64,000 nucleotides of DNA from Octopus sinensis (GCF_006345805.1 NC_042997.1:65286001-65350000), one strand, 5' to 3'. Counted from the stretch's first letter, positions 24,419 to 39,997 are shown. Translations and numbers: made by a program. The notes: a model not told the origin generated them from the sequence alone.

Positions 24419-25879
24419 CACTATTGTTTCTAGAGAGAGTCATTATTAATTAACACACGCATGTATATATATACATGTATATAGCCGTTAAGCATATATA
24501 TACATGTATGTATATGTGTGTGTGTGCGTGTGCGTACGAGCGCACGCACATGTGTGTGTGTGTGCGTGAACGTGCATGTGTATGACCGCGTGCGTGGCGT
24601 ATGTAGGCGTGTGTGTATAACTATCTGTATCTACGCATTTATGTATCATCGTAGCCATGAGCTTACGACGAAAGCCGGAATATTCTACCCATTTTAAATT
24701 CCTATATATTTGGTTGTAAATTAAATACTAGATGTTTGTTGATATTACGCTGTCCCAACAAAGACGCCAAATGCGTGGAAAATGTAGTGGTTTGGGAGGA
24801 ATTAGCATATCCGCGAGTTATAGAATTCTTGATGCAGTAGCTACAAATACATTATTATCATTCGATCATTTGAAAAGACCATATTAAACGTGCGTAATTT
24901 TGATAAATGGCTTTCCATATATTTCATCAAACTTTATTTAATATTTGTGTAGGCACTGCTACTTTAGACAACTCATCTCCTCACACAGACGGTGATCAAG
25001 TTGTCAGTTTTGATAGGAAAATAAGTTGCATGTACCAGCCAACAATATTTCAACTTTGATGAAGCCAACTCATCAATGTACAATTGATACATATATTTGT
25101 ACAACTTTCATGATAATAGAAATGGAGAATATAAGGGATGACTATTGAGGACAGAGAGTTTTGGATAACATCAAAAACTATAAACTCACTTCAGCAATAG
25201 TCAGCTTATTTCCTTTGCAACAACTAAGGTAAATAGTGTAATCGATACGCCAAAACATATTTTACGTTACTAGATATAGTATTCGGTATTAAAGTTAATT
25301 AATACGAAGCAGACTTGATTATGAACATCTATGTACAGACCTAAATACAGGAGTAGCAATAGTACACCTTTTTGCGCGGGTGTGCGTGTGATTGTGAGTG
25401 TGTGTGAATGTATGGCAGTGTATGTGTGTATATATTTTTGTATGTATGTATATCAGGTCACTTGTGAGGTTTCCCATGACTGCTACTGGTAACATGGATT
25501 CCTGTATAACGTGTTATACGGTCGAGTCGTCGCCGGTGAAACGGGTGAGACCAGGTGAAGACGATTGCAACAAACCCAACAACAATAAAAACAAGACTAC
25601 TGAGCCTAGTGTAGCTTCAAAAGTAGCACGGACCCTCAGAAATTTTGGATTGGTATCTGGCATGCTAGAAGACAACTGGTAGTGAAGCACACTTTCGCTT
25701 TATTAGACCTAAAATTTTAGGTTCTGCAATTAACGTCGAGGCGACTTCTCGATGCCGAGTAGGATGGGAATGCGCCGCGGCGAGCATTGAAAATGCGGAC
25801 TGGAACCCAATGAGAGTGAGAGCTTGATACATATATATACATATATAAAAAGAGGGAAAAAGGAGATAAGATTAACACA

Positions 25880-26358
25880 ATTTTATTAATGCATTGACAA
25901 AGCCAGACCTACAATTGTTTCAATTCATCACTTGCAGCATAAAATCAACCAAGTTTAATTTAATTTAAATCAGTTTAGTTAATTAATACAAGTGAGAATG
26001 TTTTCAGACAAGGAGGTACAAATAAATTTATCATATTTAAAACATAACGAAAATATTAAAAAGAAAGAATACAGTGTACCATTAAAGTTTAAGACATATA
26101 TATTAATAAAGATAGATACAATTATTTAAAAATCACGTATCACCATTATTCATATTTTTTCATGGGTATGTTTGCATATATCATTATATTTATTTATAGT
26201 AATTTATGACTATAACTATTTTTTATAACTGTATTTTTATTAATGTATATATTTTAAAATTTAATTCTACACTGTATTCTTCCTTTTTAATCTTGTCATT
26301 AAATTTGGCCGATTTTATGCTGCAAGTGGGTCTGATCTTGTCAACGTATTATTAAAAT
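25880..26358. repeat. Degenerate inverted repeat (old MITE or fold-back)
   Basis: cacttgcagcataaaatcaaccaagtttaat vs attaaatttggccgattttatgctgcaagtg, and attaaaaagaaagaatacagtgta vs tacactgtattcttcctttttaat. Confidence 0.65.
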
Positions 26359-26509
26359 TTTATTCATCTTTTCTCCATCTTCTCTCTTGTTTTTTTATAA
26401 TATCGTTAAAACATATGTATGTGCCTGTATTGCTAGGTATTCAACCAGTCTAATCTTGGAAAGTTTTATCCCCCCGAGGCTTATATCCCCACATGTACAC
26501 ACACACACA

Positions 26510-26585
<76 letters not shown>

Positions 26586-27859
26586 ATATAAACTCTGTTA
26601 TTGACATGAGCTCTTTAAACTTAGCTATAAGTGTACGTCTATGAACGTTTGTAGGTTTTAAACTTAACCAGTTTCTTAGATTTTCTAATGACATTTTAAG
26701 CGGATATTATAGTCGATTACATAGTATACAATATCTAACTGGAATATATTTTATCAATAGCGGAGCTATGATAAACGGATGATTTTTGAGAGATTTGAAC
26801 TTAGAACCTAACAGGCTTCAACTATATTTTGCAAATAACTTTTGTCCGTCGCTATAAAGAATCTGATTGAAATGGTAAGGAGTAAAAGTAATTTATTTCA
26901 ATTTTCCTTGCATAAATTTCCTCTTCACTTCTTGAATCAAAATAGTGTTTACTTAAATCTTTCCAGTTTTATTGCTTTCAATGACCTCACTGCTTTCCAT
27001 TATAGTTGTATAAATTAATACTTACAAATGTATTAAATGTTTGCTGTGACTGAACTGAAAAGCGTCTTAGCCGAAAATTCTAATCTGAAATACAATCAAT
27101 AAGCCATTTGATCTTTCGAACGGTTTCGCACATATAATAAGCACTGACACTAGAGGCAAATTGAGATTAATAATCATTTGAACTATGTTCGGATCACAGA
27201 ATGCAAAGATGGCTGCCACATGGGACTTACACGTGCAGAACACCTGTGTCAGGAAAATAAATTAAAAATCAAGATATTCAAATCCAAGATAACCAGATCA
27301 ATAATTTTAATATGTGTTTAATCAATTTCATCAGTACAAAAATGTCATCATCTTCGAAAAACTGTCTGTAAAATAGGCTTTGTCAATCAAAGATATTCCA
27401 CAATATAAAAAGTGTTTACACATGAGAACTAACTATATATTACTTTGATGCATCGTAGAGTTTTTAAATGAGAAGTGTATCGATATAGCTTAACATAAAA
27501 TTCATTGCAAACTTCTATTTAGAGATTAAAGGTATCATTCACGCAGTTATTGGTATAGAATGTGAGAGTTTTCAGGTGATTTCTGAAAAGAAATATCCAT
27601 GCGTAGTAAGAGAGACAAGTGTATACCTACAAATTACTTTGAAGTTACCATTTTACCCTTCTCTCAATGGAAGAGGGACAACAGTTACTTTTTGAAAAGC
27701 AAAGTGTATGAAAAGTAATTTCCGAGCTGAATATTCAGAAAGAACGTACATTTCAAAGATATCACTTAAACGTTGATAATTCATATGGTGTATATAAGTA
27801 AATGTTCTTAGCGATTATACATTTTATAAATTTATTACCAGATATGCATACCTAAATGC

Positions 27860-28680
<821 letters not shown>

Positions 28681-30280
28681 AGTACTCATATATTAAAGAA
28701 TGAAAATATGATGAATATATATGTGTGTGTATGTATGACTGTATAAATCTACATGTGTATGTACCTATGTTAGCATGTGTGTGTATGCATGCATACATGA
28801 ATGCGTGTATGTGTTTGTGATATTCCTGTATGTGTACTTGTATGTGTATGTGTGTATCTGTGTCAGTGCATATGTGTTTGTGTGGCTCGTAAGGAGGGTA
28901 GCTAACATATATAACATATATACGCATATGTATATAAAATGCATGTATATGTATGTATATATATATATACATGAATAAATACTGGTATTATTTTGTGTAT
29001 TATTCTGGGTAGCTTGCTTGTAACATAGATTTCGATATCAAAAGGTGAGGTTTCTTTGAAGAAATATGTCTGTCACAAAGAATGAAGTTCGAATGAGTGG
29101 AAAATTACTTTGCCGATTAGTTTCGGCTTTTGTTTATTTATTTATTTATTTAATATTTTTTTCCTACTTGGAACTGCACAAATTATTTAATACCAAAATT
29201 TACATTACTAGTATCGAATCTATTTAATGAAGGCTAGATTGGTGAATGTAAAAAATCGAACCCTGAATTTCAGTTCAGAACATTAATCTAATTGAACATT
29301 TTAAAAAAAAATTTATAGGTCAATATAATACTAACTACTTGTTGTTTAATTTACAGCAGGTCATCGAATATTTGTAGATATAATTGCATCTTTTATAATA
29401 GGTAATCCGTAGTAAGTTATTTGCTTCTACCGACATATAACACCAAATATATCAAAATCTATTAAATAAATACTGATTTCATTCATAGAATTTTTTCACA
29501 TTATTATGTACACTCACAAACACGTATACATGCGTTCTTACATAAATATACATATACGTATGGGTATGATTGCTTTGCACCATTGTACACCAAGTACCGG
29601 TCTTTAGCAGTAATATGCAGGTGAATAGAATTTTGTTTATAAGAAAATATATATCAATCGATACCTTTTAACTGATCCTTACTCAGCTTAAATTCTAATA
29701 GGTTATTCACCTCATGAATACCACAATTAATCATGTGTTATTTCTCCGATGATCGGAAGATTCACTGTTAAATCAAATTTAATTACATTTTGTCATCAGA
29801 TATATACATATATACACATATGTATATATGTATATATATATATACATATATATACCACGACACATACACACGTACGCAAACACACATATACACAAATATC
29901 CACATATACTAATACATACATATACGTAAACACGTGTGTATTTTTATATATAAAGAGGAAGTAGAATGAAGTAGTTCAATGTGTGTGACTATGCGCGTGT
30001 GTGACTATGCGCGTGCGTGCCTGTATCCACCTTCGTTTCGAAGCTAGTATTGTGGGCCTTTGCGCTTGTGTTTGCGCTCCACGCTCACCTCTTAACATCT
30101 GGTGTTCAGTTACTTACGCATCCATAATTTAGATGTTCTGTAAAAATATAACCAATAACATAAGTGCCAACCTTTAAAAATAGTGCTGGGGTTGATTTGT
30201 TAAACTAAAACACTCCTACGCAGTCCACAAGCTTGACTGCACTCCAATAAAGGAAACAAGTAAATGATAAAACAAAAGAA

Positions 30281-30281
<1 letters not shown>

Positions 30282-30366
<85 letters not shown>
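30282..30366. repeat. (ATAG)n tetranucleotide array
   Basis: Direct reading. Confidence 0.97.
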
Positions 30367-30367
<1 letters not shown>

Positions 30368-30785
30368 CATGGATAGATAGAGGGGATGGATTGGGAGAGA
30401 GGAGGAGTAGGAGACAGGTAGACACATAGGCAAACAGCTAGCTTGATTGGTAGTTTGATATCTGAATGTATATGCACATACAACTATGTGTATGTGTGTG
30501 AGAGAGAGAGAGACAGACAGACAAACAGACAGACAGATATATACATACCCACTTATATTTGGACTTACATATATACTTCAAATGTGCATTAATTCAATAT
30601 TATACAAAATGACTTACTCGTACAAATAAGAATATTAATGAAAAAGTCAAAAGTCAACACACTGTAAAATTAAAATGTAAACAAATCAAATTGGATGTAG
30701 ATGCTAATAATTCTATGTTATATATTACAAGAATTAAATATCACAGATAAGAAGGGGACAAAGCTCTGTTAGAGACAAAACTTGA

Positions 30786-30948
30786 GGCACAGGAGTGACT
30801 GCGTGGTAAGCAGCTTGCTTACCAACCAGATGGTTCCGGGTTTAGTCCCACTACGTGGCACCTTGGGCAAGTGTCTTCTACTATAGCCTCGGGCCGATCA
30901 AAGCCTTGTGAGTGGATTTGGTAGACAGAAACTGAAAGAAGTCCGTCG

Positions 30949-30998
<50 letters not shown>

Positions 30999-31203
30999 GG
31001 TGTCTGTGTTTGTCCCCCCAACATCGCTTGACAACCGATGCTGGTGTGTTTACGTCCCCTTATCTTAGCGGTTGGGCAAAAAAAGAACGATAGAACAAGT
31101 ACTAGGCTTACAAAGAATAAGTCCTGGGATCGATATGCTCGACAAAAGGTGGTGCTCCAGCATGGCCGCAGTCAAATGACTGAAACAAGTAAAAGAGTAA
31201 AAG
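30786..31203 (+). mobile_element. tRNA-derived SINE family A, full length
   Basis: Head ggagtgactgcgtggtaag..ggtttagtccc (A/B-box-like), core gcaccttgggcaagtgtcttctactatagcc, internal (TG)n, tail ccagcatggccgcagtcaaatgactgaaacaagtaaaagag. Same family as the 45626, 53188 and 61897 copies. Confidence 0.9.
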
Positions 31204-31843
31204 CGGTAAATCTAAAAGCTCAAGAGAGATCTTGAAAGGATAAATGAGAGCACAGAAATAAAGATGAGGGAAATTGAGGACGAGCTGCAGAAAAAAATAC
31301 ATTTGACACAAAGTAAACAAGGGTTTATCACGTACAATACGTACCGCTGTAAAGGACAACACTTTGGGTCACAGCAAATATCCTCCGCAAAGTATTGTCT
31401 GTCTGAGGTTGCATAACTTTATAGAGAGTGAATTAAACGATCCAGTGCCATTACTATCATCACTATGCTGATGAAGGTATATTAAAAACGATAAAAAACA
31501 TTTATACATTAAGCACAAGAACTAACATTTTGTGGTAGTGGACGAGGAAGCACCGGTGATTACTGTTCCACTCCATATTCATCAAAAACCCCGAACGTGC
31601 TAACTATGCTCTTAACAGCGGATAAGTTTATTATCCTGTGTATATTCATATATATGTGCACATGTAAATATGCAGTGACATGTACAAGCAAATGTACAAG
31701 CAAAGAAATATATGTCTCTTTGTGCGTGCGTGTATAGATACAGAGATGCATCTATATATGTTTATATACATATAGAAGCATAATATTACCATGATATGCT
31801 TCTATCGATAAATACAATGGGCATGTGTCTATGTAGTTATGTT

Positions 31844-31898
<55 letters not shown>

Positions 31899-31947
31899 TT
31901 ATATACATACATACATACATTCATGTTTTAATATTTTTGTGCGTGTA

Positions 31948-32139
31948 AGGTGGCGAGCTAGCAGAAACGTTAGCACGCCAGGTGAAATGCTTATCGGTAT
32001 TTCCTCTGTCATTACGTTCTGAGTTCAAATTCAGACGAGGTCGACTTTGCCTTTCATCCTTTCGGGGTCGATACATTTAGTACCATTTGCATACTGGGGT
32101 CGATCTAAATTTCGGGCCTTGTGCCTACATTCGAAAAGA
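31948..32139 (+). mobile_element. tRNA-derived SINE family B with a target-site duplication of about 17 bp
   Basis: Head ggtggcgagctagcagaaacgttagc..gagttcaaattc (B-box). Flanks atattttt(t)gtgcgtgta at 31931-31947 and 32140-32157. Confidence 0.88.
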
Positions 32140-34704
32140 ATATTTTTTGTGCGTGTATGTGTGTATGTGTTGCTTCATGTGTATCTGTTTCTAACAAGGA
32201 TGGCTACATTAAACAACAGATAGATTCTTGATTTATTGAAATTACTTCCTTTTCTAGAAAGAATAGGCCAACAGATGGATATCAATTGATACCACCGCCA
32301 AATAAAAAACGGAGAAAAGTTTAAGGAAGAAGAATTTACCAAAACGACATTCTCTTACATAAAATTTTGGACACATGTTTCTGTATCAGCAATAGCTCAG
32401 TAAAAATCCTACTTCATTTTCATAAGACAAAAAGAAATATATTTGATATTTTTTTTTACTAAGTAAATTGCATAAATAACGCGAATATTGGCTAAGGGAA
32501 AAGATTCGCTGTGTCCAGTGGTATCTATTTCAACAGCATTCAAGAATAATGTATCTTTCTTTATATAATATGCAAGATAAATTCTTGATTGCCCCCTATT
32601 ATCTCAAGCAGTCAAGATATTTACATAGATAGTTATATGTGTGTGACGCTTTTAGGATTGATGTAAGAAGAATGAATCGTGAACATCCGCTTCAGTATTT
32701 TTACTTAAAGACAATAAATAAATGACTTGCACAGCTTTTGAATTTACGTTACATGAACATGAATGACTTTCGTGTAGATTCCTTGCAACTGCCTGTCATG
32801 TAGTCGCACAGTAGTTGCGTATGGACTTGGGCATAATATTCAGCAAAACACAGTTATCTCACATAAACTTATATTGCAACAGGAAACAATCTAAAAATAA
32901 AGTCATATTAAGCAAAAAGCAAACTAATCAAAATACTCTACAATATCTTCGTCGACATTGATTCGCTATTCATACACGTCATTTAATCATTTTAAGATAC
33001 CCACCAGCACCGCAGATTATCACCATCATCATCAGCACCAGCAGCAGTGGCACTTTAATAAGATAATAATAACAATCATCATTATTATTATCAACAAGCA
33101 CAAAAACAACAACGTCGTCGTTGTCGTCATCATTATTACTACCAAAGTAAACATCATCTTCATCATCGATAGTGTCATTATCCTTATCTTCATTATAATC
33201 TGCGTATGTATGTTTGTGTATGCTTGTGAATGCATGTGTTTATTCACGTGAGTTAGTGATAGCGATACACAGATACCGACATGCCAATACAAAAAGTAAC
33301 TTTTTAATCAATAATATAAACTCGTTCGATCAAAACAGTAAATACTTCCTTCAATTAATTTCATTAAATATTTCAAAGAAATATTTCAATATTCAACAGA
33401 ACGGAAGAAATCCAAACGCCTCCGAGTGATTCACTTATTCAACAATGTAACTGAATTGCATTTTATGAATAAAGAAGAAATATGGTTATAAAACTTAATA
33501 CAATGACTTTTAATTCAACTATGCACTGCTGAGATTGAAGATTTTTTCTTCTTTCTGTTTATCATTCAATTGCATGTGTTGCATATATAGCATCGAATGC
33601 AGAAAGACCTGAAATCAGCTGGGATTTGAAAACTCAAAATAAATTGTAGTATTGAAGATAAAGAAAGCAAAACTCCGATCAATCGCACTATATATTGATC
33701 TTTTTCACATAAAAAAAAAAACAGATCCACTTCAATACAAATGGGAAAACTAAACCGAAAATATTTAATGCGTTTTCTTGGCGTTTAACTTGTGTAGCCC
33801 AATATGATATTAGGCTAAGGAACGGTGTTACATTACAGACAGTGGCAGGGAATTGCTCGCTTGTGTTAGATTTAAATATCATTAGCGTAGTTCATCTGAA
33901 AGCGAATACAATGTCAGAGTTAACAGAAAACGAGCATTAACTAAGATAGAAAAAAAACAACAATTGCTACAGATTACTGCGCAACGTATTTGATAATTAA
34001 GGTCATTGTTATGTTAATTCTCTTCTCCCACTGCTTTAACTAACGAATATCAAACACTCTGTATGAAATGCTTTAATAGAGAGGAAAATCAGGAAGATGA
34101 ATAGAATTAGGATGAAGAAAATAAGTAGCTTGATGTAGAATTGACTTGGAAATAAGACATATTATTCATACAAATATATAATTATAATCCACTTTAATGA
34201 CAAAACAACCTTTTCTATTGGTATTATTAAATATTTCATGTGTTAATCAATCTTCGGAATGAAAATCAGATAACTGTTTTGTATTTACATTTACGTTATG
34301 TTATTGATAAAATACGGGTGGATGAGTGATTACAGCTTTTTCTCGTTACGTATATATTATTGATAATGTGTGAGTATATTCATATTCATAGTAAACCGAA
34401 TTTATGAAATTTAATTTAAATGTTTCAGTACTTAGGTAACGAAAAGAATATAAAATGGAAATGTTGTTCACAAATGTTGCATGCATAATTTTCAGAAACA
34501 AGCAGATTAAAAATAACATTTAGCACATACATCCTAAAGTCTATCATTTAAGACCAATTAACATTTTCAGGGTTCCGGAAATATGTTTGTTTTCGTCGGC
34601 TATCTTAGGAGAATACATATTTGATATAATTTAAGAGATGATGTGAGTACACACATATACATATATATGCCTATATATAAACATGTATGCATATACAGGC
34701 GTAG

Positions 34705-34862
34705 GCTTGAATATATGGTAAAAAGATTGACTTCCCAAAGACATGTTTCTGGATGCAATCCAATTGCGCGGCACCTTGAGCAAGTATCTTTTTATATAGC
34801 CCCTGGCACTGGGTCCACCAAAGGATAGTAATTTGATAAACGGAAACTGAAAGAAGCCCGTT
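34705..34862 (+). mobile_element. Old diverged 5' half of SINE family A
   Basis: gcggcaccttgagcaagtatctt..tatagcc and aaacggaaactgaaagaagcccgt match the family A core. Confidence 0.65.
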
Positions 34863-35711
34863 GTTATATATTTAACGCTGTTGATGCCGCTGGATTGAAT
34901 GGTGCAGCCCCAGTGTCAAGACACTGTACTAATATCCATTTGGCAGCTGATGGTTGGAATGCGTACATTTTATCTTTTTTTGCAAATGTTTATACATTAG
35001 TCTCGTTAGTTTGCGTTGTTCTTCATTCTAGTAAAGTGGAAAGTGTTTGTGGCTTCATGGTTTGTAACGACTAGATTCATATTGGTCGTTTTTCTTCGAA
35101 GATATTCTCATGGTTAAATAACATTAGATTTCAGAGGTTCTGTGGTATATATGTGTGAGTGTTTGTGTGTGTATGTATGTGTGTGTCTGTGTATGTGTGC
35201 ATGTATGTATGTGAACGCGCGCGCGTGTGTGTGTACTGTGTCTATGTGTGTGTGTGTGTGTGTGTGTCTGTCTGTCTGTCTATCTATCTGTGCGTATGTT
35301 GTATGTATATATTATATTAATACCAGCCCCATGTAGTGTTTAGGCATTAGCGTAATTTAGGTTAATGAAAATGTTTGTGACATATTTCGACTTCTAAAGG
35401 CAAATTCACTTCAGTTACCGTGGAGAAAAAACTTCCTTCTTATGGTAAAAAGGTGTAAAAATAGCATATCTGCACAATGCTGCCATCTGCCGCATTCCTA
35501 AAACGCGTTTCTAGCTTTTTAGTAGCTATCAATGAGGAATACCTAACAAAGGCAACTCTGGACAGACTTCATTAAATTCGTAGCTTTAACTAAAACCCAT
35601 TTAACAACATTGATTGGGTTGCGCGCTTTTAGACAGCCACCAGTTGACGCTGATACCGGTGTAATTTTTCCGACCTAGCGTTCGAATTCCCGTTGTGTGT
35701 ATATTTATATG

Positions 35712-35821
<110 letters not shown>

Positions 35822-36089
35822 CAACGTGCATTCAAAGGAACGAATAGTTGTATTCAAATCAATGATTAGTAACTTACGAATCTCTTTAATAATTTCACAA
35901 TAATGACTTTTATTACTTTTATTCCTACCTTAGTTCATCTAATTGTATATACCTTTCGTTACCTTTCATAAAAAACCCTTTATTTATTTCGATTTACACT
36001 GTGCATTTTCGTTTATTTTTCTTACTTTCCCTTTACATTACCACGTATGTATGTATAAATGCATAAAGGGTGCAAAGATTTTAGTCTCA

Positions 36090-36340
36090 CTTTTGGAGGA
36101 TCCACTGACTTCAATCAACTTGTAGCATTCCAAACACTTCATGAAGGCCCTACAGAAGACCCGTGGTGAAGGTGTCCAGAACCCTTGCCACAACCCACAT
36201 CATCTTTATTCCTCAGGTTTGAGAACAACTATAATTGATACGGTGCAAGGTCTGGACTGTAGGAAGGGTGAACAACTGTACCCAATTCCTTCTCTGTCAA
36301 GTAGGTGTTTCCACCTCGTCAGCAATGCTCAGTAGAATGT
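36090..36340 (-). mobile_element. Mariner transposase C-terminal fragment
   Basis: Minus-strand translation ELGTVVHPSYSPDLAPYQL*LFSNLRN contains the YSPDLAP motif. Confidence 0.75.
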
Positions 36341-37508
36341 GTTCGAAGAGCTTTCCTTCAATCTTGAAAATTGAAATTTGAAGATTGCTGTATAGCTTAT
36401 TAGTTATATAGTAATTATATACTAAAATTACAGTAACCTGGGACAGTTATATCAGCCTCTCCAAATACAGTCTCAAACCTAATGAAATGCACCTCCATTA
36501 AGCCTCTGGGAATTGGATACTTATTGTTGTCTTTACTTTCAGATCCTCTCGATTGGTTTCCGACTACGGAGATTGTGCACACTCTCTAAACGTTCTTTCC
36601 AACCTCTACCATTTGATAGTAAAATACACCAGAGGAAACTGCATGTGAGTGAATCCACCTGCAACATTATGAGTCCGACTGGTGCTGTTTGCGCATTTTG
36701 ATTAGCTGGTGGAACACACTTGTGCTGATTTGTCAATATCTACTGAGAGAGCGTTATTGTTCGTCTTTGGCAATGATGAACCCAAATATTGTTTCATCGA
36801 CATATAGTAGACAGATCTTTCTTTATGGGGGATAAAATAGCCTTCAACAAGTATCCTGAGCCAAGGTACCAGCTTCTTTCAAATCAAACTTTAAAAATCT
36901 TACTAGCCTCCTCAGCAGCTATGTTGAGTTGTAGATACCGATCAACGTTGGCCCACCATTATTTCCAGTCGTCCAAAGTGAAGCCTAGTCAAGTGCTAAA
37001 GTCAATTAAATTAATTAAATCCCTTCTCTAAACATCAAGCCGCGTAGAAACACGTGAAATATATTTTTTAAATCTAATCATCTACTTCAACTTTAGGCTT
37101 TACACGATAAGGCCTTCTTCTCTGCTTTCATGAAAAATTGAAATATATAAAGACAAGATCCATATCTGTGAGATTTCCATTCAAAAGTAAAGGGGCATTC
37201 ATACATATTCTTACGAAATGAGCTACACTTTTAATGAACATAATAAAACATTTTATAATTTTACATGAACAAACATTTGTAGAAAGGCGTGTTATCAAGA
37301 CAATCTATCCCAGTACTTGAAATGTTTATATTTCAAAGACCCAACGTTTCAATGTCAACGATTGCAGCATCATGTGAGCTTAGCTTTATAGTTATCATAA
37401 CGCTAACCATATACTTTGTTCATGAATACATACATGCATACATACATACATACATACATACATACATACATACATACATACATGCATACATGCATATATA
37501 TATGTGTG

Positions 37509-37539
<31 letters not shown>

Positions 37540-38195
37540 ACGTATGTACGTACGTTTGTATCTGCATTGATATTCAATTATTTTCAGTTGTAAGGACTGG
37601 TAGGACAAATAATGTTATTGTTTTTATTGATCATCCATTTGCGCAAGCCAATTATTTTTGAGGTCGGTACTGCTGATTAAATCCAAACATATAATTGACC
37701 CATGGTTATTATATTTGTCTTCCTTCAAAGGGTAAGTTGCAAAGTCGACCTTTGTGCGGTATGATTTGAGAAGATACATGAGCGTTACGACATGTGAGCT
37801 CTACCAAATATATATCTAATCGCTACTGTGAAATGTCTCACTATGTTCATTTCTATGGTTTCAGATATAGATGAATCTTTGTGAATTATAAATATACAAA
37901 TATTTAAATGATCTTAGCATATTCCCATATTACATGAAATGACAAAATAATTTGGTGAAAGATTTTCATAAGCTTAACCAAAATATTAAAGAGTAATGAT
38001 TTAAACAATACGGATATGTAATGCGTGGGTTTAGATAATGTTAAAATTGATTGTTGCTAAACAAAACATTTCTTTTATGCAATGCATCAGAGTGAATGCT
38101 TACGTAAATGATATATATTTTATGGCATGCTCTGCTGAAAAGAGAAAGAAGTTTCAATAATAGTGTCGATATGTGTATATATATATGTATATATG

Positions 38196-38278
<83 letters not shown>

Positions 38279-38283
<5 letters not shown>

Positions 38284-38510
38284 ATCCAAACATGAAAACA
38301 CAAAGAGAAAACATAAGAACGCGAGGACGTGGAACAAGTATAGTATTATTGGACGCCCAGGAAAGGAGGAAAGAAGGAGGGTTTAACGTTTCGAGCGGAG
38401 CTCTTCGTCAGAAACATAGGAAAAGGAAAGATCCAAAGAAGGGAAGACAGTGGGAAAAAATCGCCAACGGTACACACGCGGTCACATTTTGAATGACCGA
38501 AGGTAGAATA
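38279..38510 (-). mobile_element. PLE pLTR-like fragment carrying a minimal hammerhead motif, abutting (TA)n
   Basis: Hammerhead core at 38381-38415, pyrimidine-rich tail on the minus strand, junction with the (TA)n array at about 38278. Confidence 0.55.
38381..38415 (-). ncRNA. Minimal type I hammerhead ribozyme motif
   Basis: Minus strand GUUU-CUGACGA-A-GAGC(UCC)GCUC-GAAAC-GUU-AAAC: CUGANGA and GAAA cores, 4-bp stem II, palindromic ACGU stem III, 4-bp stem I (GUUU/AAAC). Confidence 0.7.
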
Positions 38511-38762
38511 AAGAGGCTGTAATTATAAAATAGCCAACCTTGCTGATCTTAATTGAGGATTGGTAAAAAAATCGAACAGAATATCGAATGCTAAATCTGA
38601 TGCTTTACTGTGCTTGCACTTACAGTTCTATCAACCAATTCTGTATCCTTCCTATGATTGATTGATTGATTCTAGTTTCAGCTCACGCGCTGTGGCCATG
38701 CTGGGGCACCGCCATTTATCTATATTTAGATACTTATATTAATATGTCCAATTTACTCGGTG

Positions 38763-39110
38763 TAAGAAAATTAAAGGGGTAGAAGAAATGTGTTATAAAC
38801 CCAACAGTTGTTTCTGGGGGCTCGGAGATCCATAATAATGTTGGTAGATGTGCTTCATCGCAATATGTGGCCGTAATGGCCGTAATCAGCATTGAATCTT
38901 TGAACTTCTCTGCATGAAGATCTGAAATGTAAGATCTTCTTTACCGTGATGTTGGAGGTTCATCTTATCAAATGTTGATTGTATCCATTTCAGCCATATA
39001 TTGTGATGAACCACATCTACCAACATTACCATGGATCTCCGAGCACCCAGAAACAATTGTTGGAGTTATGACACCTTTTGCCCACCCTTCAATTTTCTCT
39101 GTCGTAAGTA
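38763..39110. repeat. Old degenerate fold-back palindrome of about 350 bp
   Basis: ccaacagttgtttctgggggctcggagatcc..atgttggtagatgtg pairs with cacatctaccaacatt..ggatctccgagcacccagaaacaattgttgg. Pairing continues inward to gaagatct/agatcttc. Confidence 0.75.
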
Positions 39111-39316
39111 CTCTGTGTAATTTGGTCCTATTAGTATAAATGTATATATATATATATAATTAAAATAATCATCATATAAAAGTATCCACCCATTACTATC
39201 TCTCTTATAGCCATTCTTTATCAGGCGGAATCGATCCCCTATAAAGAAATTGGAGACTAAGTTTGAATCTTTTAAGTGTTTTCTATACTGAAAATCTCTG
39301 GATCACATCTGTGGAG

Positions 39317-39404
<88 letters not shown>

Positions 39405-39959
39405 TCGTTAAATAGTTTCAACGAAAGAGTAGCAGTCATGTGTACCATTTGTACATGTGTACCGATGTGTACCATTTGGTGAATGAGTGATTTTGATGCA
39501 GGGTTTTGCACTGATTTTGACTCAGAGATTGCAAATCCCATTCAGCTATTTGTTGTGGTAGCACAAGACTTGGAATGTTCCAGTGTTAAACTGCGTGATC
39601 CAAACAAAATTTTATTTTTCAATACACATTACTAATAGGAATGACTGTATTGTGGTTACTAATTATTATGTTTTATAATGGCGTGAATGATCAGTCACTG
39701 ATAATCGATTTTTCGAGAACAGTTTCGATGTTTTCTGGGTATGTTGCATAGCAAACTGCTTGCTGCATTTTCACTTTGATTTTGTATAAATAAATGTTAC
39801 CTTCTGGTTAATTTTGCGGACTTGGCACAATAAATATGCTCATGCAATAGTCAGCCTGCAACGTAATACTAAGTAGTATTGAAGGAACTACAAGGACGAG
39901 CGAGCTCCATACTCCCCACACATGCACACATAGACACATATGCACACGCACACATGGGT

Positions 39960-39997
39960 GCATATATATTATATGTTATATATTATATATTATACGT

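Noticed and set aside
15685-25718. Shared 13-mer gacctaaaatttt between the 490-bp unit and the CpG patch
   Set aside because: AT-rich short match with no flanking similarity.
36500-37030. Decayed hAT zinc-finger-like coding on the minus strand (FERSWY.., GWKERLESVH)
   Set aside because: The motifs are too short and broken to support a call.
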